A DNA stretch of 57,936 bases from an uncultured delta proteobacterium (GCA_903845045.1 CAIMWA010000277.1:1-57936), one strand, 5' to 3'; shown: positions 26,267-36,214, counted from the stretch's first letter. The notes: generated from the sequence alone by a model not told the origin. Program-made: numbers and translations.

Positions 26267-27659
26267 AGCGAACCGCCTCTCTGCCGCTGACCACGGCGCC
26301 TATGCACCAACTGAGCCCTGACAGCGCCGCGCCGTATACCCGCCCCACGGCGCTTTGCCTCGCGATGTGGCTGAAGACGTGGCGGGCGACCGCCGTGGCC
26401 GTCGGGCTGCGCCTCATCAGCCCGGTGTACGGAAAGGCCCACGTCCAGTACCCGCGCCAGAACCGCGCGTCGGTGAACCCGTCGCCCCACTTCCGCATCG
26501 CGGCCAGTTCACGCCCGCCGACCAGTCCCGAGGCGTGAAGCTGCGTGCAGATCACACTGCCCCCGCCACCGCCTGAACTCGCCACCTGCTGAACCTGCTG
26601 GGTTTGGGCCGTCTGTAGCTTGGCGTCGATATCGGCCTGCTTCATCTGCATATCGGCTTGGATTCTTGCCTGCTGCTCTCGCGCCGTCAAATCGGCCGTA
26701 GCCTGCTGCACGGCCAGTTGCTCCACGGCCTGTTGGATCGCCGCGGACTGCTGGTCTGAGGACACTGCCGCCTGATACTCGGAGGTCGACATGTTGGCCG
26801 CGGTGAGCGCCTCGGACAGCATCTGAGTGCGGTACGTGTCGGCGGCGGCAGCCTTCTGCGCCTCGATGTTCCCGGCGCCCTGTGCGGCCATCGTGCTGTT
26901 GCCGAGGCCGAGGCGGGCGTAGGTTCCTGAGAGCGCCGCCTTGCTGGCGTCGGCCGAGGCGTTGAGCCCGCCCTGGTATCCGGCGGGCAGCGGGCCGCCG
27001 AGGGCACTCGCCCGCAGCGCCTGTGACAGATCGTTCAGGCCCGCCGCGCCAGACTTCAAAGCGGTTGTGCTGTCGCCGATGCTGCCCACGATCGTGCTCA
27101 GGTCGCGGCCTCCGGTGGGCGTCGTCTGGTAGTCTGTGGGCGAACCCAGCGCCCCGATCTGCGGCGTCTTGCCCACGGTGATTGCGGGCTGGCCTGTGAA
27201 AGCGTTGTACCCGGCGTACCCGAGCGCGGCGAGGCCAGCGGCGCTTTTCGCGATACCCGCGGCGTCCTTCACGTCAGACATAGACGGTAGCCAACTGGAG
27301 TCGCCCGCGATCGTGCCCATCGTGTCAGTGCCGATGCTCAAGTTGGGGATGGCGTTGCCGGCAGCGTCGAACGCTGTCGCCCCGTCCCCGAACCCCGAAG
27401 CCCACCCGACGTTGCCTGAGATGTCAATCAAACCGCTCCCTAGAGCATCTGTGCCCACGCCGCTCACTATAGCGTCTGTGCCCACGCCGCCCGCGATCGT
27501 GCCGAGCGTGTCTGCCGCCAGCATCCCGCCGCCGACATCCGCCGCCGTGAGGCCGGCTCCGACGCCCAGCGCCGTGCCCTCGGCCAGTGCTGCGGTGCCC
27601 ATGGCGCCGCCCACTTCCATCGCCCCGATCGTGCCCGCCGCCGCTGCCCCCGCGCCCAT
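26256..27659 (-). CDS. Putative DNA pilot / ejection protein
   Basis: Gly/Ala-rich N-terminus, Gln-rich helix, GGGGGSVICT-initiated C-terminal domain. Confidence 0.6.
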   Translation of the reverse strand: MGAGAAAAGTIGAMEVGGAMGTAALAEGTALGVGAGLTAADVGGGMLAADTLGTIAGGVGTDAIVSGVGTDALGSGLIDISGNVGWASGFGDGATAFDAAGNAIPNLSIGTDTMGTIAGDSSWLPSMSDVKDAAGIAKSAAGLAALGYAGYNAFTGQPAITVGKTPQIGALGSPTDYQTTPTGGRDLSTIVGSIGDSTTALKSGAAGLNDLSQALRASALGGPLPAGYQGGLNASADASKAALSGTYARLGLGNSTMAAQGAGNIEAQKAAAADTYRTQMLSEALTAANMSTSEYQAAVSSDQQSAAIQQAVEQLAVQQATADLTAREQQARIQADMQMKQADIDAKLQTAQTQQVQQVASSGGGGGSVICTQLHASGLVGGRELAAMRKWGDGFTDARFWRGYWTWAFPYTGLMRRSPTATAVARHVFSHIARQSAVGRVYGAALSGLSWCIGAVVSGREAVRYGR

Positions 27660-27662
27660 GGC

Positions 27663-28730
27663 TCAGTCCTCCAATTTCATCACGTACAGGCTGCCAGCCG
27701 GTTCGGCGCCCAAACCCTTGTACAGTCTGCCAAGGTCCGGGCCTGAGCCCCTGACCCCCGCTTTCATCACGATCTCAGTGACGCCCTCGGCCTTGAGCGC
27801 TGCGTTCGACGCCCTGAACAGGCGCAGGCTTAAGCCGAGTGGCGCATCTGGGGAGGCGAACATGCTGAAATGGGTTGCCGTCATCACGCCCTCGGCGTCC
27901 AAAGCAGGACCAACCACCGACACCAGATACCCGAACATACGCCCGTTCGACCGGGCCGTCATGATCTTGAGAGCGCCCTTGGCCGCCAAACACCGCGCCA
28001 GCGGGACGTTTTTGGTCAGATACGAGTCTGGAGGCTCGCCTACGGCGTGCGAATGCCCCTCGAACAGATGGACTCCGTCCGCGAGCCACGCCTCGAAGTC
28101 CTCGAATTGCAGCGTCATGCCGTCGACTGGCTTGACCGGCTTCTGAAGCGCGACCAGCGAGCGGGCCTTCGCGATCTTCGCGAACGCCTCCATCTGCGGC
28201 TTGTGGGCGCCGCAGTAGCGAAGCAGTGCCACCATGTCGATCTGGAGGTTGAGCGGGGCCATGCCCGCCCAGTACGCGCTGTCGTGGGCGTAGGGCAGGC
28301 AGTGCTCGAACACTTTCGCGCAATCGTCTTCGCGGCTCAAACCGTCGAACGTGACGGATATCACATTCGGCACCCGTTCCTCGATCTGGTCGAGCTTCCG
28401 GTCGATCCCGCGCAGCACCTTCTCGACCACTTTGAGGTCGATCCCGACGTTGAGCCGGGCGAAGCTGTCAACGGCTTCGCCTACGGGCCGGCGCAGCACG
28501 ACGGTCTTGAGATCAGGCCGGAACTTGTGGATCAACCGCCACCACGACGCCGCGCCAGTCTCGACGCTGCCAGTCATCGGTTGCTTAAACCAGGACCGGA
28601 CATCGTCGAATGACCGCATGTGGATCAGTTCATCGTGCCCGGAGCGCCATTTGCCGTACGACAGAAACCGCGACAGCCAATAGCTTCGCGACCTGGGCAT
28701 TGCGTACACGATGAACGGCGCGGCATCCAC
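27663..28730 (-). CDS. Sulfotransferase-like P-loop domain fused to GNAT-like domain
   Basis: FIVYAMPRSRSYWLS, HDE, VVLRRP..EAVDS; C-terminal TARSNGRMFGY...GLSLRLF...LYKGLGA. Confidence 0.6.
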   Translation of the reverse strand: MDAAPFIVYAMPRSRSYWLSRFLSYGKWRSGHDELIHMRSFDDVRSWFKQPMTGSVETGAASWWRLIHKFRPDLKTVVLRRPVGEAVDSFARLNVGIDLKVVEKVLRGIDRKLDQIEERVPNVISVTFDGLSREDDCAKVFEHCLPYAHDSAYWAGMAPLNLQIDMVALLRYCGAHKPQMEAFAKIAKARSLVALQKPVKPVDGMTLQFEDFEAWLADGVHLFEGHSHAVGEPPDSYLTKNVPLARCLAAKGALKIMTARSNGRMFGYLVSVVGPALDAEGVMTATHFSMFASPDAPLGLSLRLFRASNAALKAEGVTEIVMKAGVRGSGPDLGRLYKGLGAEPAGSLYVMKLED

Positions 28731-28737
28731 GGAAACC

Positions 28738-29238
28738 TCACAGGATCGCGTATCTCGACATTCTCTTCTCAGGGAACGGCATGATCTCGTCGAGCACTTT
28801 GGCCGTCAGATCAGTGTCGCGATCGAAGCGAAGATCGACGGCGTGGCGGACCCGAGCCCAGCGAACGAAATGCCGGTAAACCTCGGCGCACGCCCGTTGC
28901 TCGCCTTCCGCGCAGTACCCGAACAGCACTTCGGCGTGAACAGCAGCGTCGAGGCCGTCGCAGTTGATGCGGGCCAGCCCAACAGCTTGGCGCCCGCACG
29001 TCACGAGGTTCATCGAGTTGTCCGACAGAAAACCGAGCAGCCAGCCGGGGCGTGCGGCAGGATGCACGTCAGGCCAGCGCCGTTGGAGTTTCGGCATCAG
29101 CCACGCCATCATCGCCGGGTCTTGCAAATCCTGCGGCGTTACGGCGCGAACGCTGCCGAAAGCAGGCGTTTTCGTGTCGAACCCGCCCGGTGGGGCGGAC
29201 GGTGCCGCGTCGCTGTAGCATTTGGCCGCGAGTGTCAT
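28738..29238 (-). CDS. hypothetical protein, possibly GNAT-like fold
   Basis: Coupled to upstream gene; fold guess weak. Confidence 0.55.
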   Translation of the reverse strand: MTLAAKCYSDAAPSAPPGGFDTKTPAFGSVRAVTPQDLQDPAMMAWLMPKLQRRWPDVHPAARPGWLLGFLSDNSMNLVTCGRQAVGLARINCDGLDAAVHAEVLFGYCAEGEQRACAEVYRHFVRWARVRHAVDLRFDRDTDLTAKVLDEIMPFPEKRMSRYAIL

Positions 29239-29570
29239 TTCAACCCCAGACGTTGAGCAGCGACGAAATGCTCGTTCGCGTGCGTAGTCACCCAGGACGC
29301 TATCATGTCGGGTTTTGAGAAATCAACGCCTGACAGGTCGCTTGAGTTCACCCCGAGCGCTGCGTTCATGTCGAGGTGCATCTGAGCGTGCTGCCGCGCC
29401 CACCTCGCTTGGTCCTCGGGCGTGATCGGATCGAGGGTGTATTGCGTGAGGTCGTGGCCCTGCCCCCGCAGCGATTTGATGATCTGGATATGATGGTCTT
29501 GGTTGGAAAAGCTGAACTCTTCCAACTCGAGGTCTGTCCGGATCGGGCTAAGCAGGGTCGCGAGGCTCAC
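29235..29570 (-). CDS. His-rich conserved-type hypothetical protein
   Basis: NQDHH, HAQMH, HANEH; GAGG RBS. Confidence 0.7.
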   Translation of the reverse strand: MSLATLLSPIRTDLELEEFSFSNQDHHIQIIKSLRGQGHDLTQYTLDPITPEDQARWARQHAQMHLDMNAALGVNSSDLSGVDFSKPDMIASWVTTHANEHFVAAQRLGLK

Positions 29571-29574
29571 GAGG

Positions 29575-30237
29575 TTACCACGCCGGGATGTAGCGGCTGA
29601 CGCCGTTGATGGTCACGCGGAGCCAGAAGTTGGGATTGCCGGCACCGGGCGCGTTGGTCAGCGTCCCCGCGCTGGACGCCGCGGCCGAGGTCTGGTTCGT
29701 GGTCTTGAAGCCGTTGTCCGTGGTCACCGTGGCGCCCGCAAAACTCGGGCTGTCAGCAGTCGTCAAGCCGGCCACGGCCGCCTGATTGAGCGTCGCCAGC
29801 GTACCGTCGCCCCTGACGTATTGCGCCGTGGTGCCGGCCGGCGTGGCGAACCACAGGCGCGACAGCAAGTGGAAGCCGCCAGCCCCGGTGTTCAGGGCGG
29901 CGTCGTACTGGAGGTCGACGACGTTCTTCTGAATGATATCGCCGCTGATCAGCACCGCCGGGCCTGAGGCCGTGTCCTTGTAGACGCTGAGCGCCGCCAA
30001 GCTGCCAAGCTGGGCAGTGACAGCCCCTGAGTTGCTCTGCGCCGCGATGCCTGAGTAAATCTGACCTTGGACGTAGGCCCCGACGGTCGGAGTGTTCGCC
30101 GCCTGCGTCAGAGCCAGAGTGTTGGTGCCGGCCACCGTGCAAGGGATCGGGGCGCAGGCGCCGAGCGCCGCGAAGTTGTTGTCGAGTTCGGCGCCGGTCG
30201 CCGAGGTCAGATTGGTGAAGGCAGTGGGGAGGGCCAT
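29575..30237 (-). CDS. Short tail fibre / needle-like protein
   Basis: ELDNNFA N-terminal motif; C-terminal INGVSRYIPAW. Confidence 0.6.
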   Translation of the reverse strand: MALPTAFTNLTSATGAELDNNFAALGACAPIPCTVAGTNTLALTQAANTPTVGAYVQGQIYSGIAAQSNSGAVTAQLGSLAALSVYKDTASGPAVLISGDIIQKNVVDLQYDAALNTGAGGFHLLSRLWFATPAGTTAQYVRGDGTLATLNQAAVAGLTTADSPSFAGATVTTDNGFKTTNQTSAAASSAGTLTNAPGAGNPNFWLRVTINGVSRYIPAW

Positions 30238-30238
30238 G

Positions 30239-32290
30239 TCAAACTCCAGCGCTGTAAGTCTGTTCAAGAAGGGTGATGTCGAGCACGGACATATCGGCCG
30301 CCGTGGTTGACAGCGTGAGGCCCAAGTACACCCCCGACTGAGCCACCTGGATCGGCCCGAACGCTTGGATGCCCGCCGCGATCCACGTTATGGTCGCGCC
30401 GCTGTTGTTCGTCCAGGTTATCGGTGCTCCGCTGCCGTTTGTCCAAGACAGACTGCCCAGCGGGATTGAGTTGAGCACCAAAGTCTGTCCGGTGCCATTG
30501 TCAACAGCCACGCTGAGCGTGCCGGCAGGTTCGTTGAAGTAGTTCACCGCGCCGTACAGCCTTCTGGACATTTTCCTGTAGTACAGCAACGGGCCGTCCC
30601 ACAGCTTCGACTGAATTGTCTTCGTGATCGACGTTGTCGGAGTCTGAAACAGCGGGAAAATGTTCGTACCGTCCGTGCCCCACGCAACGAGGTTGGAGTT
30701 TAACTCTTGGGTCGCCACTTGCGTTAAAACGCGGTCTTGACTGGCAGTAAACCACTGCTCTCCGTCGAAAAGTACGAGTTTCACCGCTGTTTGGTTCGTG
30801 ACTAAGTCCAAAATCGGCACCAACAGCATGTACACCCGCACGCCAAACATCGAAGCGACGGCACTGGTAGGCTCAAAACTCCCAAGAGACCCAGGCGGCA
30901 AGTATATACCGTCTAACGGCCCTGAAATCTTCTGGACAGAGCCGCCAGCGCACAGATGTACGCCAAACTGGTTGGCAAAAACAATGCTTCGCGAGAACAG
31001 TTGCACCGACCTTGACCACGACGTACCGATCTGCGGGTCAACATTCTGGTTCGAGAAAGTCGTAATGGCACTACCGCCCGAAGCCGTCGTGTTTACGCCA
31101 GAAATGTAGTTGATAGAACTGTCGGCCAGCAGGTACAGGAACCCGCTTGACGAAAAAGCGCGCGAAAACGCCGATTTCAGATAGCTGTCGGTGGAGCCGA
31201 AGGCGCCGCCGCCCGAAGCCGCCGCGAAGTTCACCGCCGAGGCCGGCGCGGAGAACACGACATTCGCCCCGTTGAGCACCCACACTGAACTCTGGAAGCA
31301 CTCGACTTCAGAACCCTGGATGCCGAACGGCATCGCCGGCACTGAGGCCACGGCAATGCCTGTGTTGTTGGCGTCGGTGATGACGAGGGTAGGCGCCGAG
31401 ACGAAACCTTTGCCCCCGCTGACGATGGTGAGGCCGGTGACCACGCCGCCCGCGACGGTGGCTGTGATGTTCGCGCCCCCGCCTCCCCCGCCGAGGGTCG
31501 CCACCGCCGTCGTCGACGTGTAGCCGGTGCCGCCGTTGACCTGGGCTGTGCCCGTGATGACGCCGTTGGTCAGGGTGCAGGTGAACACCGCCGTCGTCTG
31601 GCCGCCACCGCCCGTAAAGGCCAGTCCGGCATCGTCGGCGTAGGTATATCCCGAACCCGGGTTGGTGCAGACGATAGACGCGACGCTGCCATTCGACACC
31701 GTCGCAGTGAACGCCGACCCCGAGCCGGAGCCGCCATAGGCCGTCACTGTCGGAGCCGAAGTGTAACCGGACCCGCCTGAACTGATCGCGACTTCAGGGC
31801 TCAAGGTTCCAGCTTTGTAGAAAACTGAACCGTCCCAGATAAAATAGCCGTTCGTCTGATTGGCGACGATGATCACGAACTGGTTGCCAAACTGAGCGTT
31901 CGCGCAGTTAGCGACATAAGGGTTCGAAATCGTTCCCGCCGCCGCGATAGTCGTAGCCACGCCGGTTTGCGTGTTAACGCCGATGATCGAGCCGTCTGAC
32001 AAAAACACGAGGCAAGCGGGCGTACCGTTTAAGAACGTAAAGTCGTAGTATGCCACTGACAGCCCCGCCGCTGCCGTATACAAGATCGGCCCAGCGCCCC
32101 ACATGGTCCGCGCGTTCGACGTTCCCAGAGGCATGAAGTTGTCGAGGATGTAGCACTGCTGATCTTCGATTGCCGGCCGCGACGGCTTTGTGTTGATGCC
32201 CTCGAACCCACGGAAGACCATGGGCGAGGGGTTTTCGGGGAAACCGGGCGTGCGACCTGGAGCGGCGGGGAAAGATTTTTGGTTAGGCAC
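30239..32290 (-). CDS. Tail nozzle / tubular protein B-like
   Basis: FRGFEGIN..PSRPAIED...DNFMP N-terminus, beta-rich, GSGYT repeat insert, position after adaptors. Confidence 0.7.
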   Translation of the reverse strand: MPNQKSFPAAPGRTPGFPENPSPMVFRGFEGINTKPSRPAIEDQQCYILDNFMPLGTSNARTMWGAGPILYTAAAGLSVAYYDFTFLNGTPACLVFLSDGSIIGVNTQTGVATTIAAAGTISNPYVANCANAQFGNQFVIIVANQTNGYFIWDGSVFYKAGTLSPEVAISSGGSGYTSAPTVTAYGGSGSGSAFTATVSNGSVASIVCTNPGSGYTYADDAGLAFTGGGGQTTAVFTCTLTNGVITGTAQVNGGTGYTSTTAVATLGGGGGGANITATVAGGVVTGLTIVSGGKGFVSAPTLVITDANNTGIAVASVPAMPFGIQGSEVECFQSSVWVLNGANVVFSAPASAVNFAAASGGGAFGSTDSYLKSAFSRAFSSSGFLYLLADSSINYISGVNTTASGGSAITTFSNQNVDPQIGTSWSRSVQLFSRSIVFANQFGVHLCAGGSVQKISGPLDGIYLPPGSLGSFEPTSAVASMFGVRVYMLLVPILDLVTNQTAVKLVLFDGEQWFTASQDRVLTQVATQELNSNLVAWGTDGTNIFPLFQTPTTSITKTIQSKLWDGPLLYYRKMSRRLYGAVNYFNEPAGTLSVAVDNGTGQTLVLNSIPLGSLSWTNGSGAPITWTNNSGATITWIAAGIQAFGPIQVAQSGVYLGLTLSTTAADMSVLDITLLEQTYSAGV

Positions 32291-32293
32291 GGG

Positions 32294-33217
32294 TCAATAC
32301 CTCCCGTACATCGTCGTCGGACGCCCCATGCGCGCATACGCCGAATACCGTTTTGCCATAGCATCGTACAGGTCGAGGTAGCCTTTGGCCGCGTTGAGGT
32401 TTTGAAGCTCAAGATACGCCAAGTGCGCCGCGAAGTATGGCACGACATCAGTCCACGGCTGCGGGATGGCTTCGACGCTAAAATCGTCGGTCAAGTCCTG
32501 CGGCACACAGAAGCAATCCCACTCCATCTGATACGTCTGAGATGGGATCGGATAGAAGTATGCGCTGCCGCCAACCCCTTGCCCGTACTGGGACCAGATT
32601 GTCGGAACAAACTGATACTGGAATGGATAATTGCGAACGTACGCCTGATACTCTGTGAACGACTTGTAGTTACAGACATACCGATAGTTCGCAAATATGA
32701 TCGCAACGCTCTTGACCGCGTAGATCGACGCAACACCCGGCGCGTTGCCGAGCGGCACCCCGGAGAACGGATAGACCTCTTGGTTTTGCAGCAAGAGATT
32801 CATCGGCGTCATGATCGGGCTGGCCGTGGCCCCCGCGCCAGTTGGGTCGGTGATCGTGAGCGACGGCTGGAAATACCCGTAGCCCCCTTGAGCCATCTGC
32901 ACGTCATTGACGGCCCCGCCGATCACAGTGGCCTTTGCCGAAGCTTGGGCGCCGCCGGGTGCGTAGGCCCCGCCCCCTGGAAAGTCAGGCGGGGTCACGC
33001 TCACCTTCGGGTTGGTGTAGCCTGAGCCGCCGGCCGTAACGACGGCTTGCGTGATCGAGCCAGAGATCGGCGGGATCAGCCTGATGCACTGGGTGCGCAT
33101 GGCGACTTCACGTCGGGCGCGGTTGACGTAGCTCACAATGTCTTCGGGGCTGAGCAGCGCTTGGTTGCCGTCCCTCAAAAACCGCTGCGTCTGCTTCATG
33201 TAGTCGAACAGCGGCAT
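32294..33217 (-). CDS. Head-tail adaptor-like protein (paralog 2)
   Basis: YVNRARREVA, YPIPSQTY, IPQPWTDVVPYFAA. Confidence 0.7.
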   Translation of the reverse strand: MPLFDYMKQTQRFLRDGNQALLSPEDIVSYVNRARREVAMRTQCIRLIPPISGSITQAVVTAGGSGYTNPKVSVTPPDFPGGGAYAPGGAQASAKATVIGGAVNDVQMAQGGYGYFQPSLTITDPTGAGATASPIMTPMNLLLQNQEVYPFSGVPLGNAPGVASIYAVKSVAIIFANYRYVCNYKSFTEYQAYVRNYPFQYQFVPTIWSQYGQGVGGSAYFYPIPSQTYQMEWDCFCVPQDLTDDFSVEAIPQPWTDVVPYFAAHLAYLELQNLNAAKGYLDLYDAMAKRYSAYARMGRPTTMYGRY

Positions 33218-33219
33218 CG

Positions 33220-33951
33220 TCAGCCCCCCGATTGCGGCAAGGATTTAAGGCCGAGTTTGTTCGACAAAGTCATGTCCGGGTGTTGCGCGTACGAGTTCGG
33301 CACCACGTCGGAGTTTGACACCCGGCGGGCCTGCGCCACGAACATTTTGAACCTGTTCAGCATTAACTCTGCGTCCTGTTCGCGCTGCGCGCTAAGCAGG
33401 GCGTAGTAGGCGGCCCCGAAGGGGACGGCATCAGTCCAAGGGTACGGCAGCGCTTCGGCCGTGGAGTCGTCGGCCAGGGCCGTCGGCAGACACACGGTGG
33501 CGACAGGAGCCACGTAGGGCTGGTCTGGCACAGGATCGACGAATAGCGTGCCGCTCACCCCTTGGCCGAACTGCGACCACATTGTGGGTTGCCCCTGCTG
33601 CGGCGCCGGATTGTTCAGGTGGTACAACGAGAACCAAGGCCAGGGGCGCGTTTGCGTCCACACCTGACCAGCGCCCACGTTCACCCACAAGGCATCGATG
33701 TTGAGCACGGAGCCAATACCTGCGGTGACGCCGGCCGCCGACACTGTGATCGAACTAAAAGCGTAAGTCCGCGTTCCCGCCGCCAGGGTCAGCGACGAGT
33801 AGTCCCGCACGCAGCGCCCCTCCCCCGCCGCCCAGGACCTCGCCGTGTTGATGTAGGTCGTGAGGTCAGCCGTGGAGTATTCGCTCCCTGTGACGGGGAG
33901 CGGGTTCTGGAGAAGCCGTTGCGTGGCAGCCACGTAGGCGGTCAGGGCCAT
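33220..33951 (-). CDS. Head-tail adaptor-like protein (paralog 1)
   Basis: YINTAR, DPVPDQPY, LPYPWTDAVPFGAA. Confidence 0.7.
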   Translation of the reverse strand: MALTAYVAATQRLLQNPLPVTGSEYSTADLTTYINTARSWAAGEGRCVRDYSSLTLAAGTRTYAFSSITVSAAGVTAGIGSVLNIDALWVNVGAGQVWTQTRPWPWFSLYHLNNPAPQQGQPTMWSQFGQGVSGTLFVDPVPDQPYVAPVATVCLPTALADDSTAEALPYPWTDAVPFGAAYYALLSAQREQDAELMLNRFKMFVAQARRVSNSDVVPNSYAQHPDMTLSNKLGLKSLPQSGG

Positions 33952-33960
33952 GCTGTCCTC

Positions 33961-33995
33961 AGAAACAGAACGGGGGAGGCATTACGCCTCCCCCG
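33961..33995 (-). terminator. Intrinsic terminator after capsid/decoration genes
   Basis: CGGGGGAGGC/GCCTCCCCCG stem followed on - strand by TTCTGTTTCT. Confidence 0.7.
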
Positions 33996-34021
33996 CTGAG
34001 TAGGAAGTCCGGAAGAGGCGA

Positions 34022-35140
34022 TCAGATCGGCTGGAGCACGACCTGATCGGTGGTGAACCCCAAGGTCGGCACGATGGTGGCCGCGGTGGTGATCAGAGCA
34101 GTGGTCTGGACCAGGGCAGTCGGGGTGCCCGAGAACAAGCCGCCGTCGATTACGGTGGTGACCGAAGTGATCGTGGCGCCGCCGGCCAGTGACATCAGCG
34201 CCGGGCGGGGGGTCAGGATCGCGGTCTCGATCGCCGGCTGCGTGTTGACGGCGGTCGCCGAGGTGAGGCCGCCGATGGTGGTCAGCAGGTTCTGGTTGGT
34301 CGCCGAATAGCCGGCTCCACCCGAGGTCACCGAGGCGGTGGTCGCGGTCGAGAGCATGACGGCCGTGGCCGCCGCGCTCGATCCGCCAGCGCCAGCGATG
34401 GTCAGGGTCGGGGCGGTGGCGCTGGTCTGCGCCGTACCGCTGTTGGTGCAGAGCACGGCAGAGATCGAGCCGGTGCCGGTCAGGGTGACCTTGGCGACGG
34501 CGTTGACGATCGAGCCGAGGTTCGGGTCCGAGGGGCACGGCACAATCGCCGGGGTCGGCACCGTGAGGTAGCCCGCGCCCTGGTTGACGACGGTCAGCGC
34601 CGAGACGGTGCCGCTCGCGATGGTGCAGTAGCCGGTGGCCGGCACACCGCCGTTGGGCGGCGCCGGGAAGATCGCCAGCGGCGCGATGGTGTAACCCGAG
34701 CCCGCGGTGGTGATGGTGGTGGTCGTGCTGACCATGCCGCCGACCAAGGCGGTCCAGGTCGAGCCGCCAGCCGAGGCCGTGACCGTGACGTTGCCGGCGG
34801 TGTAGCCGGAGCCGGCGTTGGTCACGACAGCGCCGATCGGGCAACCGGTCAGGTTGGCGACGCGGAAGTTGGTGCCATCGGAGCCGATGAAGGTCGGGGC
34901 GCCCGGGACCGTCGTGTACCGCCACCAGATGTCCATCACCGGGTCGAGGTACTGGATCATCGTGTACTTGCCGACCTGGACCAGCCAGTTGCCCGGCGGG
35001 ATCGGCAGGGTCTGGCCGGCGGCCAGGGTGATCTGGCTGCTGCCCGGAACATAGGGCGCATTCGGAAGCAAATTGGCGGGATACAGCGTCTGCGGAACCT
35101 GGAGCCCGAGACCGGGACCGCCCTGATTACTCGTCGTCAT
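34022..35140 (-). CDS. Putative capsid decoration / minor structural protein
   Basis: Directly after capsid, strong codon bias, GSGYT repeats. Confidence 0.65.
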   Translation of the reverse strand: MTTSNQGGPGLGLQVPQTLYPANLLPNAPYVPGSSQITLAAGQTLPIPPGNWLVQVGKYTMIQYLDPVMDIWWRYTTVPGAPTFIGSDGTNFRVANLTGCPIGAVVTNAGSGYTAGNVTVTASAGGSTWTALVGGMVSTTTTITTAGSGYTIAPLAIFPAPPNGGVPATGYCTIASGTVSALTVVNQGAGYLTVPTPAIVPCPSDPNLGSIVNAVAKVTLTGTGSISAVLCTNSGTAQTSATAPTLTIAGAGGSSAAATAVMLSTATTASVTSGGAGYSATNQNLLTTIGGLTSATAVNTQPAIETAILTPRPALMSLAGGATITSVTTVIDGGLFSGTPTALVQTTALITTAATIVPTLGFTTDQVVLQPI

Positions 35141-35173
35141 GATGGTGATCCTCTCAGTGCCCGGTCAGGGAGA

Positions 35174-36214
35174 TCAGAACGCCGCCGAAGAAATGCCGGT
35201 GATCCAGGCGTTGGCCGAAGGTTTGGTGGTGATGATGTTGTAGCCGAGGACCACGACACCCTGCTGGCCCATCTGTCCGAGCGGCACCAGCGAGTAGAAG
35301 CCGCTGAAGTCGAACGCGGCGTCTTCGTTGATGTACATCGAGGTGTACTTGGTGTTCACGGCGAACGCATTGCCCGCGGGGCAGAAGTGGTCGGCGAAGA
35401 TCGGCACGCCCGCGATGTTCAGGTTCGGGAAGGACGAGCGGTTCGGCGTGCCGATGCTCATTTCCTGGCCGGGGCGAACGAAAATCTGCTCGGCGCCGAT
35501 GAAGTCGTTGTTCAGCGTCGCGAAGTCGCCCGGGTTCATGATGATGAACGTCGGGGCCTCGCCGCCGGCCTTGTCGGTGACCTGGAGGATGTACTGCGAC
35601 ATCGTCTTGCGGGTGAAGCCGACGTTGCCCGGCTGACCCGTGGCCGACGACACGACATAATACTGGCCTTGCCAGTTGCTGTTGCCGGCCGACAGGCGGT
35701 TGATGCCGCCATAAGTCGGGTAGTTCGTGCCATTGTCGAAACCGTCGCTGAAACCGTTCGGAAACAGCGGATTGGCCGAGTTCGGCGTGAACATCAGCGG
35801 CGCGAGGTTCTGCACGGAGACGCTGTAAACGTCGTTCATGCGAGCCTTCAAGATCGAGATTTCCCGCTCAGTCGCCTGGATGACCTGCTCGCCGAACGGC
35901 AGCGGCACCGGCACGACCCAGAAACAAGTGTTGAACTGGGCGTTCTGGATGCCAGGAGTGATGTTCGGCTGGTTGAAGCCGCCAGCATAGCCGGTGAACT
36001 GACCCTGGACCATGCTCGCGCCCTGGATCGGCACGGTGATCTGGGAGAGGCCACCCGCCGACTTCTGCGCGTTGCCCATCATGTGGAAAAACGCGGGGGT
36101 CGCGTAGTACATCTGCACGAACAGGCGCGGAATGTAAGCGCGGCGAGTGGTAGCGGTCAGTTCGTTATAAAGTCCGCCAGACGAGGGGACTACACCGAGG
36201 CCGGGAAGCGGCAT
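35174..36214 (-). CDS. Major capsid protein
   Basis: 346 aa, strong codon bias, YGGINR, IIMNP, GVPIFADHFCP; follows scaffold. Confidence 0.85.
   Translation of the reverse strand: MPLPGLGVVPSSGGLYNELTATTRRAYIPRLFVQMYYATPAFFHMMGNAQKSAGGLSQITVPIQGASMVQGQFTGYAGGFNQPNITPGIQNAQFNTCFWVVPVPLPFGEQVIQATEREISILKARMNDVYSVSVQNLAPLMFTPNSANPLFPNGFSDGFDNGTNYPTYGGINRLSAGNSNWQGQYYVVSSATGQPGNVGFTRKTMSQYILQVTDKAGGEAPTFIIMNPGDFATLNNDFIGAEQIFVRPGQEMSIGTPNRSSFPNLNIAGVPIFADHFCPAGNAFAVNTKYTSMYINEDAAFDFSGFYSLVPLGQMGQQGVVVLGYNIITTKPSANAWITGISSAAF

Noticed and set aside
33942-34925. 327-aa same-strand alternative-frame ORF in the decoration gene
   Set aside because: Arg/His-rich frame artefact of high GC3; unlike the HNH and MTase-beta frames it has no recognisable motifs.
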